Of a stretch of 64,000 nucleotides of DNA, positions 38,931 to 52,729 are shown one piece after another. The stretch is from NCBI GenBank assembly GCA_009103225.1, contig RHPI01002973.1:1-64000 (forward strand), given 5' to 3'. The stretch's first letter is position 1. Every line of letters starts with the position of its first letter. The notes under the pieces are model-generated. The model worked only from the letters and a program-made list of their open reading frames with translations. It was not told the origin of the DNA and searched no databases. Both the position numbers and the translations under genes were made by a program. Source of the DNA: Chlorokybus atmophyticus (Eukaryota > Plantae > Mesostigma and Chlorokybus algae).

Positions 38931-39540
38931 AATAGACCCGCCTGGTCTTATTTTGCTGAACTTACATCCGCCTGGGGTTTATTCAGTGAGTCATGAAACT
39001 ACCTGGTCTGAAACTCGGTTTATGTGATACTTTGACTGACTGTGGTTAGTTCATGTTGATTGTCACTTGTGTGCATGCCTTGTACAGCAGATATTTAGCC
39101 TAGACTGCCTAGGTATTAATACCTACTGTGAGTTTGTGAATGGAGAGAGAACTCAGTTTCGAGTCTGGAGTCTTGACTGGCACACTTGCGGCTAAGGTTT
39201 GTGTATGCTGTGCATGGTTGCATGCAAGGGTGCCACTGGATGTGTATGAGCCTGCACATTACATCTGTCACGCCTCTTAAGGTGCATGCACAAGGAAACC
39301 CCGTCTAGGCGACTTAAACCCGCTGCGCTGGCCTGAAGTCTCAAGTTGTACTCTGAGGAGTCTGGAGAAATCTGCGCCCTGCGTCACCTCCGCCTCCTGC
39401 AAGTCAGCAGGGTCACCATTCCTGCGCACGAGCTGAAGCGATTAAGCATGTTCTCGAGGAAGGCGCTGGAGATTCTCTGCTATTCTTGTCGGGAAGGGGG
39501 ATTACCTTGATCCACTTTAAGAAATGCTCGATCGTGACGA

Positions 39541-42500
39541 TGTTGACTGGAGCTATTGCATGCAACCACGCACATACACACGCAATGGTTGAGCTTCTGC
39601 GGCCAACACCGCCAGAGAACTGACTTGAGAGTCAACTGTGCTGATAGGATGCGGGTTGTGTCGGCTCGGGGCCCTTAACACGGGTCTTACAAGAAGACCA
39701 GGCTGGACTGTGCATTCTTAAATGCCTGCAACCTATACACAACTGCAGTATAAAGTAGCTTATCTAAAGTCACTACATAAGCTACTCACAGTCCTGATGA
39801 ACAAGCTGACTGCATACATGTCATGAGTCATAAACCTAACATAATATGATCAATTCTCAACACTCCCACGCAGGCAGCTTGGCTAGCTTCTTGCAAGTCT
39901 TCAAGCCTTTGCTCCAACTTTAATGCCAAGTCCTTCACAGCATGTCTTGAACTTCGCAGTAGACAGTGCCTTGGTCATGAGCTTCTTGAAGTCAGCCAGC
40001 ATGTCTTCAGACCTTTAATAACTGAACTCCAACTTCCCCTCTCGCCACACTGTCTCTCACAAAGTGATGATGCACATCAATGTGCTTGCTCCTTGCTGAG
40101 AGGATTGGGTTCTTTAGCAACTTCACAGCTCGATTGTCGCAATAGATCTTTACGCTCTCCAGAGGGTGTCAAAGACCCGCCATCAGTTTCCTGAGCCAAA
40201 GTGCTTCCTTTGCAGCTGAAGCCGATGCCATGTACTCTGCTTCTGTAGTGGATGCAGCCACCGTAGGCTATAACTTGCTGTTCCATCTAATCACACCACC
40301 ACCAAGCTTGTACACATAGCCAGTAGTTGACCTCTAAGTATAAACATCACCAGCATAGTCTGCATCACAGTAACCCTGCAGTTCCGCACTGCCCTGGCCA
40401 CACTTGATGCCCATTGCAGCTGTTGTTGCTGAATAGCGCAGCACTGCCTTCGCTGCCAACCAATGCTGCATTGTCGGGGCTGACATGTAGCGTGCCAACT
40501 GTCCAACAGCATGTGCAATGTCTGGTCGTGATGCCACTGACAAGTGGAGGAGGCTGCCAACAAGCTCACAGTAGGGATACTTCTGCTTATCCAACTCCTC
40601 ATCACCGTCTCTGGCTCTGATCAGCTGAGCTCCCACGCTGAGGAGTACTTCTCTCATCTAATCGTTGTTCAGACCAAATTTTGCCACCATCTGCTTCACA
40701 AACTGCTCCTGAGTGATACAAATGACTCATGAAGCTATATGCCTTGTAACAACCATACTTGGGAAGTATGTGGTCTCGCCCAAATCTCTGCACTTGAATG
40801 CAATCTGTGTTTAAGTAGTGTAGTGTAGCTAGCCTACATGTGTAGCAAGCACACACACCGCCGCCACGGCCAACAAGCGTATGCACGTGATCTAAGATTA
40901 ATTCTGCGGCTGCCCACAATATATGACGCTAATCAGCTTTATATCTAAGCTATGATAATCAACAGCTCGATATCCATAGTGACAACTCACTACTGCAAGA
41001 TATCTATGCTATACATAGCTGAGCTCGCTACATGCATATGCACAAGATATGCACATATAACTCATGACATGCATACAAGTAATACATGTATGCCTACTAC
41101 AAGTGTGTAGGCTAACCAAGGTGACTAAACTAGGCTATAAGCCTACTTCCAACACTCCCACGCAAACACCTTGGTCGACCCTTGTCCCGTGCTTCGTGCC
41201 CACGCTCAAATGCTTGGTGTCCAGCTCCCACGCTTCGGGTTGCTCCCACAAATGCTCCCACGCTTCCGTGCATGCCACCACGCTTCCAAGATGCTCCCAC
41301 TCCCGTGCATACTCCCACGTGTTCATGTTTATATTGCCATCTGCTACTGCTCCTGCTGCTTACAGTCTTCTTCCTCCCAACACCAGGTGAAACATGACTC
41401 ATAGCAACATCACTACACTTACAAGTGTAGCTATCAAATGTGCTAGGCTAGCTGTGCCACTCGGCAACAACACATATGATGTCGTCAACCAATGCACACA
41501 ACAATGTGCTAAGCTGTGCAACTCTACAAAGACATCTATGATGCTATACAACTAGTACACATCGCCGCAAAGTACGCTACTACACAAGTGATATATACAA
41601 GTGTGGCTACCAACAATGTGTCAAACTAGCTCCTAGGCTAGTACACATAGTAGCAACTTGTACGCTGTTACACACAATGTCATGTACGTACAAAAATGCA
41701 GTATAACCATCAACTAGCTAGCAAAGCTAGCTATACGACACACTAGACCTTGTGTGCTGCTCAGCGCCTCTGCGCCCCCCTTCTCCGATGACTCCCACCG
41801 GATTTTTGCTTCCAGCATCACGCGTCACGTCCCGGCATCACGCCTGTCTACGTCACGCCTCTGCGTCACGCCTGTCTGCGTCACGCCTATGACCAGACTG
41901 CGGTTGCCGCCGCCGCCTCTGCTGCAGCCACGTGGACGCTCCTCAGGGATCAGGAGCTTCACCTCAAGGTACTGGTCGTCATCAAGGATACAGTGGAGGC
42001 CCTGGGCCTTCCTCCAACTTCTCCTTCCACGCCGCCTGCCGCTTCCTCGTTTGCCGCCGGCCTAGTCTGGTCCGGCCACGGTATGACGCAGCGCTGCAGC
42101 CGGCCAGTACGGCGGCTGCTGCGGCGGGACCACGCACGCCCTGGAGCACGGCCAGCAGCCCCATCAGCTGCTGCATCTCGCCGCCTCTCCTGCTCCAGAC
42201 GCTGCGCTGGTACGGCATCTCCAAGCTGTGCCGATAGTCAGTGGCGGCCATCGTAGAAGGCGCAGTCCTTCAGCCACTGCTCACAGCTTCACACCACGTA
42301 GTATGGGCCCACAACCTGTTGAAGTAGTGAGGTGTAGCTAGCCTACATGTGTAGCAAGCACACACACACCGCCGCCACAGCCAACAAGCGTATGCACGTG
42401 ATTCACATTACCTGTGCGGCTGTCCGCCACATATGACGCTAATCAGCTTTATATCTAAGCTATGATAGTCAACAGCTTAATATCCATAGTGATAACTCAC

Positions 42501-44640
42501 TACTGCAAGATATCTATGCTGCACATAGCTGAACTCGCTATATGCACATGCACAATGCATATAACTCATGACATGCATACAAGTAATACATGTCTGCCTA
42601 CTACAAATTTGTAGGCTAACCAAGGTGACTGAACTAGGCTAGAAGCCTACTTCCAACAATCTGCAGATGTGTCTTCACATGCTGCAAATTTGACAATTTT
42701 ATTGCCGCGATCAGAATGTCATCCACGTACACCAACAATTACATCCTCTTGTTCCCGTAATAGAACAAGCTAGGATAAGCCAGACTTGCAGTGAACCCTT
42801 GTTTCTTCAGCTCCTTGCAAAGTCTCACATGCCACACCCCTGGTGCTTGCTTCAGCCCGTACAATGCCTTCACCAGCCTGCATGCTGTACCAGGTGGTCC
42901 CTCCTGATACCCCTTTGGTTGGTGAATGTAGATCACTTCCAGCTCACCATATAGAAAGGCTGTCTTGACATCAAGGTGATAAAACTCCAGACTGTCCACA
43001 GCAACAACTGCCACCATTGCTCTGAAAGTTGCTAACTTCCCAGCTGGAGCAAATACTTCATTGAAGTCCACTCCTGGCTGTTGCAGAAATCCCTTGGCAA
43101 CGAGCCTGGCCTTGTAGCGTTCAATGTTGCCTTGACCATCTCTTTTCACCTTGTACACCCACTTCATAGGGATGGGCTTTGTTTCTGGGGGTGGAACCTC
43201 CAGTTCCCAAGTACCATTGGCATGCAGCGAAGCAATTTCTTCACCCATCGCCTAGCGCCTTTGCTCTGAATCAGCTGCCTTCAGCGCCTCTTCATACGTT
43301 GCAGGCTCCATTTCTTGTACACTGAAACTTGCAGTAAATGACTCCGTATGAAACCACTTAGGCGACTTCTTTCACGCCATAAATATGCTTGCTGGCTCTG
43401 TTGTTAACCATGCTGCTGCTAATGCCTTTGCCCACAACTCACGACAGCACAGCTCACTCTTTTCGGGTTGAGCTCCCTATCCTCAGACTCAAAATCACTT
43501 ATGCCCTAGTAAGGCATAGTGGTGCCAGTGCTGTATTCAAGACAATGCTGACCTTCATCTTCATCGTCAGAGCTCCCATCTCAATCACCAGAAGTATCAA
43601 TGTGATCTGGGTCGTGCTGAGCTCCCACGCCTTCATGGAAGACAACATCTCTGCTGATGACAATCTTCTTGGTCTCGTCCACCAACACTCTATAAGCCTT
43701 TGAGCCTGGTTCATACCCAAGGAAGACACCTTTCTAAATGACATGATCCAGCTTCTTCCTCTTCTCTTTTTATACCAGCACATACGCAGTGCAGCCAAAC
43801 ACCCGCAAGTTGCTTACATCTGGAGGTTGCTTGTAAACCATCTCCCACGGAGTCTTTGTCAGAGCATGTACATGCGACCTGTTCCTGATGTAGTTGGCTG
43901 GCAGGACCGCCTCTGCCCACCAGCAATACTACTCCAGCTTTGCATCACTATTACTTGCTCTCACTCTCCCCATCAGAGGCAAGTTGAGCCTCTCTGCTCC
44001 GCCAGTCTGCTGCGGAGTGTAAGGAGCAGTGGTCTGATGAACAAAGCCTTATGCAGCCCAGAAGGAAGCCAACTCTTTATTCAGCTACTCCCCTCCTCTG
44101 TCACTGCGCACTGTCTTCACACTGTGCCCTGATTGCGTCTTCATCCACAGCAACACCTCATTTTCCACAGCTTGTACATCAGACTTTAACTTCACATGAG
44201 GTACAATGAACAGCTTGGATTGTTATTCAGGAAGGTGACAATGTATGCAGCTCCCCCTTTTGACTTCTCTGACAGTGGACCACACACATCTGTGTGCACC
44301 AGCTGTCCCACGCGCTGACATTCTCTGAACTTGAAAATGGCCGTCATTGCATCTTAGACAACACACATGGCTCACACAGCTCTCCCTTGGCTTCTTTCAC
44401 TTGCTGCTTGGTCACATTGATGCTCTTGACTTGATCCTCAGCAACTAGCCTCTTGAGATTGCCATAGCCCAGATGACCATATCTTCTATGCCAAAGCTCA
44501 GCCGGTTCTGCCACTGTAGCCACCAGTGCAGCAGTAGACTCCACCTCTTCTATCTTATACAGACCTCTAGGCTGTTCCCTTGCAATTGGGCATAGCTTGC
44601 CATCAAACTGTAGCCAGCACTTGTCTCCTTCTCCAGATAG
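39541..44640 (-). mobile_element. Degenerate copia (pre-integrase, INT, RT, RH, 3' LTR 39541-39862 of family C type)
   Basis: LWHRRYGHL, RYKARLVAKGF, VYVDD, GYCDADYAGD, PPT CGTGGGAG. Confidence 0.9.
40808..42658 (-). mobile_element. Non-autonomous copia-type element (LTR family D) nested in the RT above
   Basis: LTRs ~40808-41154 and ~42318-42658; TSD ATCTG; PBS GGTTGTGGGCCC; PPT GCGTGGGAG; only a degenerate ORF inside. Confidence 0.88.
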
Positions 44641-44989
44641 CTTTGCACCTGCCTTCAGAGCACTTCAAACAGAGAAGAGGCTTGCCTGTACACCAGGTAC
44701 ATGGGAAGATTTGAGAAGTATGTTCTCTACACGCACTGTTGGTCGTAAATTTGAGCTCAAGATAGCATTTAACAACATGAGGAGGCTTGCTAGTGAGACA
44801 GTGACAGAGTATTTGAAACGTGCATAGAAGCTCAAAAATGATTTGACTTTTATAAAAGATTCAGTCTCAGAGGACGATCTGTGCTTCAATGTGTTGTTTT
44901 AGGTGGCTACGAGAGTTCGAGATTGTTGTGATCATGTTGGAGGGTATCGGTACCACTAAAAAGTTGACTCTTAAGAAGATTTTGCCAAT
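44640..44989 (+). mobile_element. Copia gag fragment
   Basis: WEDLRSMFSTRTVGRKFELKIAFNNMRR resembles the gag at 35920-36420. Confidence 0.7.
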
Positions 44990-47765
44990 TGTTAAAAGTA
45001 TTCCTGCATCAGATCAGCATCGACCCTCCACACAGGAGTAGAAGGTTGTAAGGACGAGCACTAGGTCCGGACCTAGCAAGATGGCGTCGTCGGATCCGAC
45101 GTCTGGTCCGGACCAGACTCCGGACTCCAGACTGGAGCCTTACTAACTGCTTTGTATCTCCGCATATACTTACTCATATTAGGCGTGTGAGAGCTTGTTG
45201 AAAAGCTCTGGTTGTAAGAAAGACAACGCAGCTTAAAGCGCATCAAAAGGCTGAGTATAGCTTACGCAGTGCTTGCAATCGTAAACGTGTGTGTAACTGG
45301 CTGGTATAAGAACCAGCGGACAACTTGTAATAGATGAATGTTGATGTGACTTGTGCATGCTCTGGTGGCGATAGCTCTGTTTGTGTGGATCCATGCTTGT
45401 CTCAGCTACATGTGCATGCTAGTCCTTCGAAAGGTTATTGGCCCACACTATGCTTAAGGAGTGTGAGACTAGCTTGTGTGCATAGTCGCTCTACACTACG
45501 GTAGCTTATTGGTAGCAGAGCCTTGGGTGTCAACTGCAAGTGAAGGCAGGCACGACAGTGATGGAGGCGACCTACGACAAGGGGCAGATTGCAAAGATGG
45601 ACATTGACAACTACAACACATGGAGCGTGGAGATGAAGGCCTTGCTCATCCACAAGAAGGTGTGGAAGTACGTTGATCTAAAGGCACCACCACCAACACC
45701 AAGAGCGAACACTGTGTGAACAGAGCATTCAGTAGAAGCACACTCTTTGTTTGTGTTGAACAGCAAACCGCATCACTTTCCCATGCTCACTGCATGTGAA
45801 GATGGTAGACAAGCTTGGGAAAAGCTATCGGCCGTTTTCAGAGCCATGGACAATGCCAGAAAGTTGCATCTACGCAAGCAGCTGAGCGCACTCAGGAAGG
45901 AGGCAGCAGAACCTATCACGAAGTATGTTGCACGCGCAAGAGAGCTATGGGCAGGCCTCATCAACGTCGGCCACAACATGGGGGAGACGGAGATAGTGCT
46001 AGCCATTGTTGCAGGGCTACCAGCAGAGTACGAGGTCGTCGCAACCCTGCTGGACCCATCATCATCGGAGTTGACGTTGGACGATGTGCTACCGAAGCTG
46101 CTCACCGTGGAGCAGAGGGTTGTGAAGAAGGACAAGCAAGCTAATGCCGTGGCCTTCTACACCAACAAGCACGGGAAGAAGAGCAACCATGAAGAGAAGA
46201 ACAAGGGCAACAAGCCGGGCAATCCTCGTCACAAAGACCTCACATGCCATTGGTGTGGTTGGAAGGGGCACATTGTGAAGGACTGTAGGAAGAAACAACA
46301 GGGGCAACCTAGAGCAAGCACTAGCAACAGCGGCAACGAGCATCAACACAAGGAGAAACATGTCGCCTTCACTGCATCTAGTTCGAGGGCGGGCACAGCT
46401 TTCTAGGTGGTGGACTCTGGCTGCAATCTTCATCTCACACAAAACAAGGAGGTGCTGGAGAGCTACAGGAAGCTAACGTCCACAATCAAGGTGGCGGGCT
46501 TCGGTGGTGAAGTAATGGTGGCTGAGGGAGTTGGCAATGTGCGACTTCTGTGCAAGGTTGGTAACACACAGCGAGAGGTGTTGTTACGAGACGTCCTGCA
46601 TGTTCCAAAGGCTGTTGCGAGTCTGTTCTCTATAAGAGTTGCTGATCGCTTGGGAGCAGAGATAGTGTTCCGGAAGGGTGGCTGCACCGTCATCCTTGAT
46701 GGGGTTGTGCACATGGTTGGAATCGCTTATCCGGGAGGGCTCTACCACGTGGAGCAGCACTCTCAGAACATTGACATTTAAGCCATGGTGGTGAAGGACA
46801 AGGAGTCGGCAACATTGTGGCATCGAAGGTTCGGGCATCTCAGCTACGTCAACCTCACTCGCCTTGTCGCTGAGAAAATGGTTGAGGGCATCCATCTCAG
46901 CACAGAAGAACTCAAGAATGCATCAGGTGCACTTTGTAAACCATGCCTGGTTGCAAAGCAGCATGCTATGCCATTCCCATCATCCTCTTCTAGCAGTCAG
47001 CATCCTTGCAAGCTTGTGCACATGGATGTCTGTGGCCCTATGCGCATTGTGGCAAAGGGAGGGGTCAGGTTTAGTTGCTACATTCCTAAACGATTGCAGC
47101 AAGCTATCCGTCATCTTTCTGTTGACACTGAAGGCAGAAGTTGCTGGAGCTGTGCGCACAGTTGTGGCCTTGTTTGAGACCCAATCTGGCAACAAGATGA
47201 AGGCAATGAGGAGTGATCGAGGAGGGGAGTACATCAATAAGGAGTTGAAGGAGTTCTTCTCCAGCAAGGGCATACGCCACGAGACAACGGCACCCTACAC
47301 CCCGCAGCAGAATGAAGCAGCTGAACGCCTCAACAGGACACTCTTGGAGCGTGTTCGAACCATGCTCAATGACACCAAGATGGAAGACATTATGTGGAAG
47401 GAGGCGGTACTCACTGCCAACTACATCCGCAACAGGTCTCCGATGAGCTCAGAGCAGAAGACTCTGTGGGAGCACTCCTATGGAGCCACACCAGATGTGA
47501 GTGGTATGCGTGTGTTTCGATGCACGGCAAATGCACTTGTGCCCAAACAGCTCAGGCACAAGCTGGAGCCGGTCAGCAAGAAGGGCATTTTTGTTGGCTA
47601 TGAACCAAAATCCAAGGCTTATAGGATCTTGCTCGAGGACACTCAGAAGATCATCGTGAGCAGAGAGGTTGTTTTCCACGAGGAATTATCACAACCAGAA
47701 GCATGCTTCTTTCCTGAAGATGAAACACAGCCGGAGGAGCACCCGTGCTGTCAAGCTGAAGCGCA
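44990..47765 (+). mobile_element. Copia family A 5' part: LTR 44990-45432, PBS, gag, PR, integrase; truncated
   Basis: CHWCGWKGHIVKDC, *VVDSGCNLH, LWHRRFGHL, VHMDVCGP, RSDRGGEY, PQQNEAAERLNRTL. Confidence 0.93.
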
Positions 47766-47967
47766 CCAGATCAATGGTAAATTATGTATTCTTGTAGAGG
47801 CAGTGCATGTACATTGACAGTCCCTTTTGACAGTCTGTTGTTGGCATGCAAATCGCCGTGCAGTTCGTGAACTGCACCGCGGATTGCATGCCAACAACCA
47901 ATAGATATGCGCGTCTGTCAACATATAGACCCTGAAGCTCATATCCAGCGCCAAATATCTGTTCACT

Positions 47968-50900
47968 TCTGTAAAGCTGTGCATGACGCTGCCTATGAAA
48001 TGAAAGAGGCAGCAAACAGACAAGTAGACGACCTAAAAGAAGTCATTAGAGACTTAGAGCTACGGATTACACAAGAGAATGTGCTCAGGGTATGTTGCCA
48101 TGTAGGCCACCAAACATTCCACACAGAGCCCTAACTTGTTACCTTTGGCTGCAGGAGAAAATGGCCGCCATCTACACCAAGACAGTCGAGGCGCACCAAG
48201 CTCAGACACTTGGCCTGGCTGCCAAAGAGAAAGCTCTTACCCTGCAGGCTGTATCGCTTGAACTGCAGCAGGAGGAAAGGTAAAAGCAATGGGAGAAGAA
48301 GATAACAGCTATTCTTCAAAAAGGCTGGAAGAAGCTCCTCTCCGAGGAGATGCAAGACGCGCTGCGTGTCATCGTCAACGAGTAGATCGAGCACGAGGAG
48401 AAGAAGGAGGAGCAGGACAAGGAGGCTGATGCAGCACGTGCATTGGAAGCCATTACGGAGCCTTCCACTGCGGCTCAGGCGGTGCCTGCTAGGCCTGAAC
48501 CTGTGAACCCCATGAGTGATATAGAGATTGATTCGCATCCCCTATGGACTTGGCTCGAGCCCGCCAACATGCGTCCACCCACCACTGGTCCAAGGCCCAT
48601 GCGGTCTGACAGGCCAAAGGACAGTCCCCCTTACAGTCCCACTCACAACCCCCATGGCCCACCGTCCACTCCCCCTCACCATCCCCATGGCCCACCGGCA
48701 CCTCCCCATGGTACTAGTATGCCAGCTGGCACCAGTACGCAAGCCCCAGACTCTCCACGTGTTGACAGTCCCAAGCTACCGAGAACAGCAGGTCCCCCTC
48801 CTCTGACTCCACCACCGCCAAAAAAGCAGCGCCAGGACCTGCCAGCAGCCACAGAAGGAACTCCACAATCAACCACGCCATCAACTGGTCAGTCCACCCC
48901 TACCGGAACCTTGCAGCTATCAACCTTGCAGCTATCAGGCTCTTCGTTCAGAGAACGTCTGCGAAAAGTTGTCGCAGGTCCGACACCACCAGCGAATACG
49001 CCAACACCAAGTACGTGTTGAGGATGTTCTTGTATCCGGTCAGCTTGCCCTGTGGATAAAAATAGCCGCGAGAAGATTCAGGCGCGAGAAGGTTCCAGTC
49101 GAGAAAGGTCCAGGCGAGGACTTCAGTCGAGAAGGTTCCAGGCGCGGAGTCGAGTCCGAGTCTGGAGACTTCCAGGCGTTGTAGAAGAAACGTTGTAGCT
49201 CGGTGGTTACGTCATTGTGTGGCGCGTGTCATAGCTTGTTGGAAAGCTCTTGAAAGTAGCTACGTGGTGCAACTTAGAGCGCAGGAATCGGTTGAGTGTA
49301 GAAGTCGTGGTGGCTTCTAGAGTAGACAGGTGCAGAACTGGCGGGTAAAAAGGCCCGCGGTATGACTTTGTTGTAATCCTTAGAAAGCCTTTTGGATCAG
49401 CCTTGTGTGTATGCTCTGGTAGAGTGTGTGTACTTGTGCTTGTACCAACTCCATGCATGGTCAGTAGTGTCCGAATCTCAACAGTACGCCACAGGGCCGG
49501 CCGCCTCTACCTCTGCAAAATGTCACCCGGGACCTGACTCCCGGCGCTGAGCCCGAGGCGCTTGTGAAGATATGAGAAGCCGATAGCGTGCACGCCGCCG
49601 ACCTCGACGCTGCATTGCAAGCCGTGCAAAATCTGGCATCTGCAGCAAAGGTACAGTTTATACACACATGGGCTGTCAACAAGGCTTGCAGCATACAGTT
49701 TGCGCCCGCATGGGCACAAACTGTTGACGACGACCATTGAGGACTGTCAACAGTTTGTGCCCATGCGGGCGCAAGCTGTTGACAGTCCTCAATGGTCGTT
49801 GACGACTGTCACAGAGTTTGATGCATGTTGGCAATGCTCTGCTGGCTAGTGTGTGGACTCACTTCTTGTTTTGTTGCTGCAGGATGCCAACGAGCGGGCA
49901 CAGACCAGTCACACGGTCTTGCAGGAGTCCATGCGCAACTTCAATGAGATGCGCAAGAAGCAACTTGAACGTGCTCTCAACAATCTGGAGGAGTCACACC
50001 GGCAGCGTAGGCTGCTGGCTGATAACTTCACCCGTGAAGACAAACTGCTGCAGCAGCAGCTGCAGGAGCTGCAGCAAAGGGAGTTGGCAGCGGTATCCAA
50101 TGCTGAGGAGCTGCGGCGGCAAAGGGAGTTGGCAGCAAAATCCAATGCTGAGGAGGTTGACAGTCTGCGCCGGCAGTTGCTTCAGGCACAGCAGGAGGTT
50201 GCAGCATCAAACGCATCGATGACCACCATGGCGGCAGACGCAGAGAACCGTTGGCGCTCCACCGATGCGGTGCTTCACGAGTACCATCAGCACAACGCCA
50301 GTCTGTTGGAACGGGTGCAGCAGCTGGAGTCCACCTCAAGTGCGGCGGCCAATGTTGGTGAAGAGCTGCACCGTACAAGGGAACAGCTACTCAAGCTGCA
50401 GCAGCAAGCGGTACAACCTGTTTCTGAGGTTGTCAACACTGAAACTGTCAATGCACTGACAGAGAGAGCTGAGCGAGCAGAGAAGCAGTTGGAAGAGGTG
50501 CGAGCCCGCAATCAAGAGCTGGAGCAACGTTTGGGGCATGCGCAGATCAACACTGAGGCTGTCAACAAAGTGAGAGTGCGAGTTGAGAATGCAGAGAAGC
50601 AGTTGGGAGAGGTGCAGCAACAATTGGGGGAGGCGCATAGCAACGTTGACAGGCTGGAACAGCTATCGGTGGAGCTTTACGCTGCACTCGATGAGCGGCC
50701 TAAACAAGAGGCATTGGACAGCCTGCAAGATGCATTGGACAGCCTGCAAGATGCATTGAACAGCATTGGACAGCCTGCAGAAACAGTACGACTGCGCAGA
50801 TGGGAAGTACAATCAAGCGAAGTCGGAGATGGAAGCCCTCCAGGATGAGGTAGACCATCTCAAACAACAGCTCCCGCAGCCACCGCAGCAACACCTCCAG

Positions 50901-51543
50901 GACCTGCAGCTACAGCTTCAGCAAGCGCAACAGCAATAATTGCAGCTGCAAAACCAGCTTCGGCAGCATTAGCAGCAGCTTGAACATCACCATGCGCATG
51001 ACTTCATCAACACCATTCGGGAATGGGCGCGTGAGGTGACGAACCTCTTTGTCAACTTGCGAAGTTACGAGCGTGACGACGTGCTGGCGGGTGGTCCGAC
51101 CGCCTTGGTTGCTGGCTGGACCAACAGGTTTACACAGGGTGCGGGATGGCAATGTCACTTGATGCAGCGCTTAATCCAGCTAAGGGATCTTCATCAGCGC
51201 AACAGACCAGGTGGACAGGGAGGATTTAAAAGTTGGGAGAGCGATGGCTGGCTTCCTCAACTTCTACCGTAACGCGGATGCACACTACACTGGCATTCTG
51301 CGAGAGGCCCAAGTAATCAGTGAAGTCAACATCACTTCAATCTTTGAAGCGATGTTCCTTTCCATGCCATCATTCCTGGACTTCCTGGAGCAGCTTGACA
51401 GGCGGATGGCTGCGCGTCGTGCGCAGCCGGCCGTGTTGGAGGCAACAACCCCTACCGACTTCCAAGCTTCATTGCAGTGGTTGCATACCCCTGAAGGCAT
51501 GGACGCCTTGACAAGATACCGCCAGGCTTGTTTCAGGCGGTAA
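47968..51543 (+). pseudogene. Multi-exon gene with a Pro-rich region and long coiled coil; several stops; convergent with the transposase
   Basis: ORFs 48443-49021, 49853-50848 and 51211-51543; ALDSLQD x3 repeat (~50710-50780). Confidence 0.65.
49016..49483 (+). mobile_element. Solo LTR (family B)
   Basis: TG...CA ends, TSD GTACG, near-identical to the LTRs at 54535 and 56850. Confidence 0.95.
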
Positions 51544-52465
51544 GGCGCAGGTCGGTAAGGACTGAACCCACCATGTATACCTTAGCCCGCGCTAGGCAGT
51601 TACATAGAACGATTGCCTTTGCGTACTACCAGCGGATCCTGGGGTACATCTGAACCTTCCTTGGTGTACATAATCTGTATATAGTACAAGCGTGTTAATG
51701 CCTAAGATGAACATCAGTGTTTTTATGCCTTCTTTCAGTAATGACCACTCACAACAAGCACAAATGAGCACATGAGCACAATTGACAGCCGCATGGACTT
51801 TAAGTGACACGTATTGCCTTGTTGCAGGCTGTCAACCACTCACAACATGAAACCACACATGAGCACAATTGACAGCCGCAACGACAGTCACCTTGACAGC
51901 CGCATGGACTGTTGCCAAAAATCGTTATGCGTACCTGCCTCGGGCTCTCCTGCCTTGTAGTACATGACATGTCTGTCATAGAACATGCGCACCACCTCAG
52001 TTGTTGGCTGCTCTTGCCATCTGCCTTGATCAACTTGCTGCCAGTTCAGCTTCCTCTTGACCGCAATGGGTGACACCTTCTGGTTGCGACAGTCTTTATT
52101 GACCACCCACCGCGCCAGGCCTTGGCGGGCACTCGCTGGTCTAGGAGCAGGCTTCAGGTAGTCAACCAACATGTTGCCTTCATCGTCAACTTGGGGCTGT
52201 CGAACAACGACGATCCATGGCGGAGGATCATCAGATGCAGGTACTGGTGGGTCAGTGGGCACGCGAAAGTCAAAGACCGACTTCTTCTCATCCTCATGTC
52301 TTACAAGCAGCACATCCCCGGTTTTAGGCCATACGGGGAGAGGTATATCAGCTGCTAGCAATCGCAGCTCTGGGTTGCTGAAGTCGTAAGCCAGCATGTA
52401 GGGGAGCAGCCTTGGTCTCTCCGTCAGCATCCACACTTTGCGCAGCAGCTGCTGCCCTCGAACAA

Positions 52466-52729
52466 NNNNNNNNNNNNNNNNNNNNNNNNNNNNNNNNNNN
52501 NNNNNNNNNNNNNNNNNNNNNNNNNNNNNNNNNNNNNNNNNNNNNNNNNNNNNNNNNNNNNNNNNNNNNNNNNNNNNNNNNNNNNNNNNNNNNNNNNNNN
52601 NNNNNNNNNNNNNNNNNNNNNNNNNNNNNNNNNNNNNNNNNNNNNNNNNNNNNNNNNNNNNNNNNNNNNNNNNNNNNNNNNNNNNNNNNNNNNNNNNNNN
52701 NNNNNNNNNNNNNNNNNNNNNNNNNNNNN
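52466..52729. other. Assembly gap
   Basis: Run of N next to an (AG)n tract. Confidence 1.

Noticed and set aside
38930-39540. Short subrepeats and a possible TGTCACG...CGTGAC solo LTR
   Set aside because: No TSD or clear second copy; boundaries cannot be set
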